Origin: a virus | Lineage: Duplodnaviria > Caudoviricetes | Length of the DNA stretch: 30,051 bases | Strand: one strand, 5' to 3' | IMG/VR virus record: IMGVR_UViG_3300011337_000119 | Span: 1-30,051 of that record | Shown here: positions 24,886 through 30,051 of the stretch, piece after piece | Layout of the letters: each line of letters begins with the position of its first letter | Numbering within the stretch: position 1 is the first letter of the stretch | Notes under the pieces: model-generated | Told to the model about the DNA's origin: nothing | The model's database searches: none | The model's input: the letters and a program-made list of their open reading frames with translations, nothing else | Translations under genes and position numbers: made by a program

Positions 24886-25428
24886 TTATAATATTGGGCT
24901 TATTCTTGTCCATCTTTGACACGCTTTCCAAGACTTCTCGCAAATACCTGAATCACCATCCAATCCTCTATTCTCGTAATCGTAGCTGATTTGGTCTAAG
25001 ATAGCTAATTTAAGGTCTTTAGGTATGGTTGTGTAACCAGCCTCATAAGTAGCCTTTAAATTGGCATATCTTGGAGAAACTAACTTAGGGAACTCATTGC
25101 CTATCAATTGTAGGATTGGAGTTGTTACCTCAATGCCATTTTGCTCCATATCAAACAATTCAAACGTATCAATGTCAATTGGACCGAATGGAATGTCGAA
25201 ATTACCACTCACGTTGTTAAAATAAGTAGTTATGTCCTTTGGTATCAAACTCAATCCTGTTGCAACCTCAATGGCTTCTCTTGCTTGTGTAATCATCAAT
25301 GTAATCAAATTATCTTCAGCGGTTGTTGTAACTCTACAATAAAGTTTTGCTTCCGATAATGTAACTGGCTCTACTATTGGTGCGATAGGAACGGCACTAA
25401 AGTCATTAATATAATTAGAATAAGACAT
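24886..25428 (-). CDS. Head-tail connector (gp6-like)
   Basis: EPVTLSEAKLYCRV...AGY...LKLAIL...YENR. Confidence 0.85.
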   Translation of the reverse strand: MSYSNYINDFSAVPIAPIVEPVTLSEAKLYCRVTTTAEDNLITLMITQAREAIEVATGLSLIPKDITTYFNNVSGNFDIPFGPIDIDTFELFDMEQNGIEVTTPILQLIGNEFPKLVSPRYANLKATYEAGYTTIPKDLKLAILDQISYDYENRGLDGDSGICEKSWKACQRWTRISPIL

Positions 25429-25464
25429 ATCCTTTTTTTACAAAATTACTTAATTTATTCCAAT

Positions 25465-25492
25465 AAAAAACCCCCACCGAATTGGTAGGGGT
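25465..25492 (-). terminator. Intrinsic terminator after the capsid gene
   Basis: CCCCTACC/GGTGGGGG stem plus T6; followed by promoter TAATTTTG at 25441..25448. Confidence 0.8.
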
Positions 25493-25516
25493 CATTTATT
25501 TACTAAACCTTTAGAA

Positions 25517-26608
25517 CTATACGTTACCTAAGTCAGCGTAGATTGCAGAAGTAGTCAACATTAAGTTAATGTCTTCGTAACACTCAATACGAGCAGTTAC
25601 CAAGTTCTTTTGGAAGTTTTCGCCATTCTCATAAGAGAACTCGATAGCTAAACCTTCAACTTCAACTCTCTCTAAGTAGCTATTATCAAAGATTAATACT
25701 TTGTCATCAGTTACCCAAGATGCAGCAACAACTGGTACACCCCAGATTGTGATTCCGCCATTAGGGTTTACGATAACACTACCAGAACCAGCATAGTAAC
25801 CAGCAGCGATAGTTGCTTTCAATAAACGAGCCATTTGTAATTCAGACACTAAAGCGTAAGAAGCTACAAAGTTTGCTTGCTTTTGGTTTGCGATATAATC
25901 TACTAATTGTAACAAATCATTAGTTTCAGCAGTTGTTGTAGAACCTGTTGCAGCACCAGACACAGTTGTGAAGAATGCAGCGTTCTCAGCCTTGAAGAAA
26001 TCTCTTTGTAACATTCTTGGTAAAGTTTGAGTCATAAAAGGTAATGACTTTAACATTTGCTTAGAGAAAGTAGAGAAACCAGCTAAGTAGTCATTTACAA
26101 CTTTAACTTCAGTCAAAGAGTAGTTGTTCTCACCTTTGTTAGAACCTTCTGTTTGAGCAGAGATGTTGTTAGTCAAACCGCTATTCTCACGATAGTAAAC
26201 ATAAAGACCGCTTTCGCTTCTTACAGTTGGAATCAAATCACGGAAGTTTAAACTTTGAGAAGGTTGGATAGCTGGATTTGGAGCATAAGATGCTTGTGCA
26301 TCACCAGTTAAGTTGCCACTTAAAGTCATAGTCTTAACGTCAGATAAATCTAAACGATACTTACCATTGTTCTTCAAAGATTTTTCCATTGCATCGAAAT
26401 TGCCATCTAATTTTTCTAAGATAACTTCATCGATGAATTTTACTTCTTTCTTAGCAGCTTTCTTTTGTGCAGCTAATTGTCCGTCAATTTGTTTTTGTAA
26501 CTCGTCTTTTACAACAGTTACTTGTGCAGCCACCTCTTTAATTTGGGCTTCTGCATTAGCTTGAAAACCTTTAAGGTTCTCTGCCATTTCGTTGATTAAA
26601 TTTTCCAT
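25517..26608 (-). CDS. Major capsid protein, HK97 fold
   Basis: Coiled-coil delta domain, FRDLIP, EGSNK, IWGVPVV, FQKNLVTARIE. Confidence 0.93.
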   Translation of the reverse strand: MENLINEMAENLKGFQANAEAQIKEVAAQVTVVKDELQKQIDGQLAAQKKAAKKEVKFIDEVILEKLDGNFDAMEKSLKNNGKYRLDLSDVKTMTLSGNLTGDAQASYAPNPAIQPSQSLNFRDLIPTVRSESGLYVYYRENSGLTNNISAQTEGSNKGENNYSLTEVKVVNDYLAGFSTFSKQMLKSLPFMTQTLPRMLQRDFFKAENAAFFTTVSGAATGSTTTAETNDLLQLVDYIANQKQANFVASYALVSELQMARLLKATIAAGYYAGSGSVIVNPNGGITIWGVPVVAASWVTDDKVLIFDNSYLERVEVEGLAIEFSYENGENFQKNLVTARIECYEDINLMLTTSAIYADLGNV

Positions 26609-26610
26609 TT

Positions 26611-27357
26611 TTACTTTTTAAATAGATTGTTAAATTGTTTAATTGCCTTTAATACTTCCTCGTTACTTGCTTCTTCAACCGCTTTGGTCGGCTCAACTGC
26701 TTCTGCGGGTTGAGTGATAGTTTCAGCTACTTCTAAAGCTACTAATTCAGCTTGTATTTGTTTTATTTGAATCTCCATTAAAGCAAAGGTGTCATCTGAA
26801 AATGTTCCACCTCTAAATGCCTTAATCAAGTTTTCTAATCGCAAAGATAAAGTTTCTTTTGTATTCTTATATTCTCCTTTAAATCCTAATGTTGGAGTTT
26901 CTGGGTTAGCACCCCAAAGTACCGCTGAACCTTCATAAAGTTTTAATTCAGTGATTGTACGAACTCCAGTTTGACTATCGTATTCTGATTTGATTGTACT
27001 AAAACCAATTGAGTGTTGATTGATTAAACCAGCTTCATACAATTTTATTGCATCTTCGCCACACTCTGTTTCTACTAAGTCTGTAACCGCTACAAGCATA
27101 TCGCCTTCAATGTACAATTCCTTAGGCTTCCCTAAAGTATGTGCCATATCTGCTCTATGGTCAACTAAAGACCAAACCATATTTTTACCTAATGGTCCAC
27201 GTTCAGCAATTGTCTTAGTAAATGCAGAAGCAACAATAATATCATTGTCTAAATCAAGGTTGCCTATTCTTGACCAACAAGCCTTTACTGTTCTTGTTTC
27301 TGGTGCAATATCTATGATTGTACCATCTGCGCTTTTTAGTGTGTAATTTTTACTCAT
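26611..27357 (-). CDS. HK97-type prohead protease
   Basis: DLDNDII...AFTKTI, DH, HSIGF, ELKLYEGSAVLWGANP. Confidence 0.92.
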   Translation of the reverse strand: MSKNYTLKSADGTIIDIAPETRTVKACWSRIGNLDLDNDIIVASAFTKTIAERGPLGKNMVWSLVDHRADMAHTLGKPKELYIEGDMLVAVTDLVETECGEDAIKLYEAGLINQHSIGFSTIKSEYDSQTGVRTITELKLYEGSAVLWGANPETPTLGFKGEYKNTKETLSLRLENLIKAFRGGTFSDDTFALMEIQIKQIQAELVALEVAETITQPAEAVEPTKAVEEASNEEVLKAIKQFNNLFKK

Positions 27358-27379
27358 ATAACAAAGTTATTAATTTTTT

Positions 27380-28261
27380 TTAATCTGCTAACAAATCTCT
27401 TATTAAGTTTGAAATTTGCATCAAAGCCACGTTATTTATTAAATTCCACACTAACCCCATATCGCCTCTTGGCGGATTATCTTGTAACCTTTTTGGCTTA
27501 CCATCTTCGCCTCTAACGGCTTCGTAGCCTAACGTACAACGGCAATTGATAACATCCCCAGCACTTCCACTTGGGTCGCAAGGATGTAACATTTGCTCAA
27601 AACCTCCGTACTTAGTCTTAACATTAAATTTTTCATCGTAAGCAACTTTTATTCCATCCATATGAAAATGGTCAAACGAATCTGGTGGCACTCTCCTTGT
27701 TCTTGCATCTTTTGTAGCTATCCACTCTTTAATAGTTACAAGTCCAGTTGCAGCCGTTCCTATCATTGAACCATAGTTTGCAGCTTTACCTGTTTCTGTT
27801 CTTGCTATCATTTCTGCTCGGTAATCCGTTATCCCAGCCGTTCTCAATAGTTTAATTGTTTCTTGCATAGTTAAACCTTCCTCAACAGACTTCATTAAGT
27901 ATTGTTGAATTTGGTTTTTTGTTGTTTGCGTTATTTCCTTAGCTACTTTATCTAATCCTTTTTGTTCTAAATAAGCTAACATAAGGTAAGTAAATAAATC
28001 AGTTTGGTTACTTTTAAACTCCTCTGGTCCATAGTAACCCTTAACCGACTTAGACACATTCTTTTCCGCAATTTGTGCCATCTTCACCCCCATAGCTATG
28101 TGAAGGTTTTGGATGGTCTTCTTTATCTTCTTATCGCTTATTGCGTTTAAATCTTGGGTATCGCAATAAGTATCCACTTGCCTTTGTAGTTCTTTCTTGA
28201 ACTTTGGCGAATAGGTTTTTAATGCATTTGCATAAAGTTTTTTATAATCTTGCCAAATCAT
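27380..28261 (-). CDS. MuF/SPP1 gp7-like minor head protein
   Basis: RAEMIARTE, KEWIATKDARTR, HPCDP...INCRC. Confidence 0.9.
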   Translation of the reverse strand: MIWQDYKKLYANALKTYSPKFKKELQRQVDTYCDTQDLNAISDKKIKKTIQNLHIAMGVKMAQIAEKNVSKSVKGYYGPEEFKSNQTDLFTYLMLAYLEQKGLDKVAKEITQTTKNQIQQYLMKSVEEGLTMQETIKLLRTAGITDYRAEMIARTETGKAANYGSMIGTAATGLVTIKEWIATKDARTRRVPPDSFDHFHMDGIKVAYDEKFNVKTKYGGFEQMLHPCDPSGSAGDVINCRCTLGYEAVRGEDGKPKRLQDNPPRGDMGLVWNLINNVALMQISNLIRDLLAD

Positions 28262-28632
28262 TTATTAGGATTGAAAGCCCAATTCTTTAAGGATATATCC
28301 CTTTTAGATGGACAAGTTTTATTGACTGGTTCGCCTTGCTCCATATTTTTCATTCTACTTACAAAACTTATCGTTCTATTAGCAGCCTTTACCTCGTTTG
28401 CACCCCAATCCGCTTTCTTGGTCTTTAAGAGCCTCAAATTTCGGTTTATTGGACTTCTGTCTAATGATGCTAACTTTGAACACTCCGACTTGCTCCAAGC
28501 CTCTAATTCGCTAAAAGACATATTTACAGTATCGTGGTACTTTGCGTAAACCTCGTCTACTATTTCAGTTAGATCAGCTTTCAGTTCAACTTTAAGGTCA
28601 AACAACAAATCAATAAGGTCTTGACTATTCAT
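28258..28632 (-). CDS. DUF3140-like protein
   Basis: VNMSFSELEAW...LKTKKADW...SLKNWAFNP resembles DUF3140 (from memory, not searched). Confidence 0.55.
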   Translation of the reverse strand: MNSQDLIDLLFDLKVELKADLTEIVDEVYAKYHDTVNMSFSELEAWSKSECSKLASLDRSPINRNLRLLKTKKADWGANEVKAANRTISFVSRMKNMEQGEPVNKTCPSKRDISLKNWAFNPNK

Positions 28633-30004
28633 TTGGTAATGTTAAAGGTTGGAAATTATCAGGTGGTTGTAAACTTGAAGGGATGTAAAGTTTTTCCATT
28701 TCGTTTTCGTCTATGTAAGGTGGAATCTCTAATCCCATTATATCCATCTTTTGCTTAGGTGCAATCCACCAAGCCTTATCTAACCATTCTACTTGCTCTG
28801 CTTTGTTAGCTTCTAATTCGCCATAAACACTTGCATCGAAGTCGACATAAATATCCGTTCCTCTATAACCCCAGTCAGAATGTAGCTTTCTATTTAAGTT
28901 ATCTCTAATACCTGTAAGCAAAGGAATAGCACAACGTAATGTCAATGCTTTCTCGCCTTCTCTTTGGTTGTTGTAAGTCTTATTGTCGCTATCGTTTAAA
29001 AGTTGCGCTGGTACTCCGTAAATATTACAAAGTGCTTTCATATCCCACTTCTCACTTTCAATGATGTCTAATTCAACAGGACTTAATCCGATTTGCTTCC
29101 AGTCTACTTTATAACCACTAACCGCAATTGAATTAAAGTTAGCAGAACCACCTTTCTCACTCACCGCCTTTTTAAGTGCTTGTGCTTGTTGTGTTCCACT
29201 AATAGGATCAAAGCGTTCATCATTCATAAAAAGAACTCCAGCTGGACCACCATTCTGGAAAGATGCAACCGCAGCAGTCTTCGCTTCGTTGGAACGAGTC
29301 AAGTTTTTCGCAGCAGCCATCAATGGAGATTGACCATATAGTTGATTCCCAGTTGTATTCCATTGTAAGTTTATGTATTTATCTTGTAGTACCTCTTGTT
29401 TAGTAAAGTTCCAAAGTGGACCATAGTTCAATTGGTAACCGCTAATAGTTGGAGGAAAGTTTTGAATGTCCGCTAAAACGTACATATATTGAGAAGGTAG
29501 AACGTACATCTCATAAGGTTTGCCGTTATTGTTACCACCTTCAATCATCTTTGCGTAAACGAAAGAGTTACCTGTGATTAACTTAAAAGTACACCAAGCC
29601 TCTACGAAATCGCCAAAGGTATCTTCTTCATTAGGATATTTCAACAACTCGTTTAATCTTGCATCACCTGTGTATAATTCAAATGCCTTCTTGTGTAGCT
29701 TCTCAACGTCCTTCCAGTTCTCAATCTTATCTGGTTGGCTCATTAACGCTTTATATTTCTTTGCTGATGTTTCATCAACTACTTTATAAACGTGGAATGG
29801 AGCAAGTTTTGCTTTATCCGCAATTAATTTAACGATTGAATAAACAATATCATTCGCTGCATAACCATCATTAACAAAGCTAATGTTATCGCCACCTTGC
29901 CAAGTTATTATCCCTTGTTGTATCGCAACTTGTCCGTTAAAAGGAATTTGTGGTAGTACAGTAGATAGTTTTTGTCTTTTACCAAAAAAGTCAAGTAATC
30001 CCAT
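28625..30004 (-). CDS. Portal protein, HK97 family
   Basis: LLKYPN, LITGNSF, YGQSPL, NGGPAGVL, IYGVP, TYNN. Confidence 0.95.
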   Translation of the reverse strand: MGLLDFFGKRQKLSTVLPQIPFNGQVAIQQGIITWQGGDNISFVNDGYAANDIVYSIVKLIADKAKLAPFHVYKVVDETSAKKYKALMSQPDKIENWKDVEKLHKKAFELYTGDARLNELLKYPNEEDTFGDFVEAWCTFKLITGNSFVYAKMIEGGNNNGKPYEMYVLPSQYMYVLADIQNFPPTISGYQLNYGPLWNFTKQEVLQDKYINLQWNTTGNQLYGQSPLMAAAKNLTRSNEAKTAAVASFQNGGPAGVLFMNDERFDPISGTQQAQALKKAVSEKGGSANFNSIAVSGYKVDWKQIGLSPVELDIIESEKWDMKALCNIYGVPAQLLNDSDNKTYNNQREGEKALTLRCAIPLLTGIRDNLNRKLHSDWGYRGTDIYVDFDASVYGELEANKAEQVEWLDKAWWIAPKQKMDIMGLEIPPYIDENEMEKLYIPSSLQPPDNFQPLTLPNE

Positions 30005-30051
30005 TATATATGAATTTAAAACAAAGTTAGTTATTTTATACTAAAAAACAG
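28813..30051. repeat. Terminal direct repeat, copy 2
   Basis: Colinear with 1..1239. Confidence 0.95.

Noticed and set aside
19-29789. All plus-strand ORFs in the track (e.g. 762..977, 6401..6649, 27020..27346, 28250..28549)
   Set aside because: They are short antisense shadows of well-supported minus-strand genes, with no recognisable motifs
1-30051. Prophage with host flanks, tRNA genes, or stop-codon reassignment
   Set aside because: Both ends are phage portal sequence, no cloverleaf was seen, and genes are intact in the standard code with all three stops in use

Overview
The window is an apparently complete, circularly permuted ~28.8-kb tailed-phage genome (unit length 28,812 bp; 1..1239 recurs at 28813..30051 as a diverged allele). 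Every credible gene is on the minus strand. A Bacteroidota host is inferred from many TAnnTTTG (-7) promoters and A-rich, SD-less start regions. Gene order along the minus strand: portal, DUF3140-like, MuF-like, HK97 protease and capsid, neck, tail tube, chaperone with -1 frameshift, tape measure, hub, second tube paralog, long fibre with S74 chaperone, lysis genes, metallophosphoesterase, a ~650-bp non-coding control region, early genes (RHH, DnaA-C HTH, Bet, SSB, replication initiator, HNH, NinG), ParB-like, terS, terL. No integrase, repressor, tRNA or CRISPR array was seen. The most interesting signals are non-coding: (1) three promoter+terminator small-RNA modules plus a terminator-capped 3' UTR at 10287-10581, two of these four carrying 12-14 nt perfect antisense to the start codons of the phage's own early genes; (2) two sequence-unrelated 5' leaders with the same 7-bp kissing-loop fold; (3) a packed array of unrelated operator-like symmetric sites at 10005-10289; (4) a probable -1 frameshift in a small early gene. 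All alignments and folds were done by eye; protein family calls are from motif recognition, not searches.
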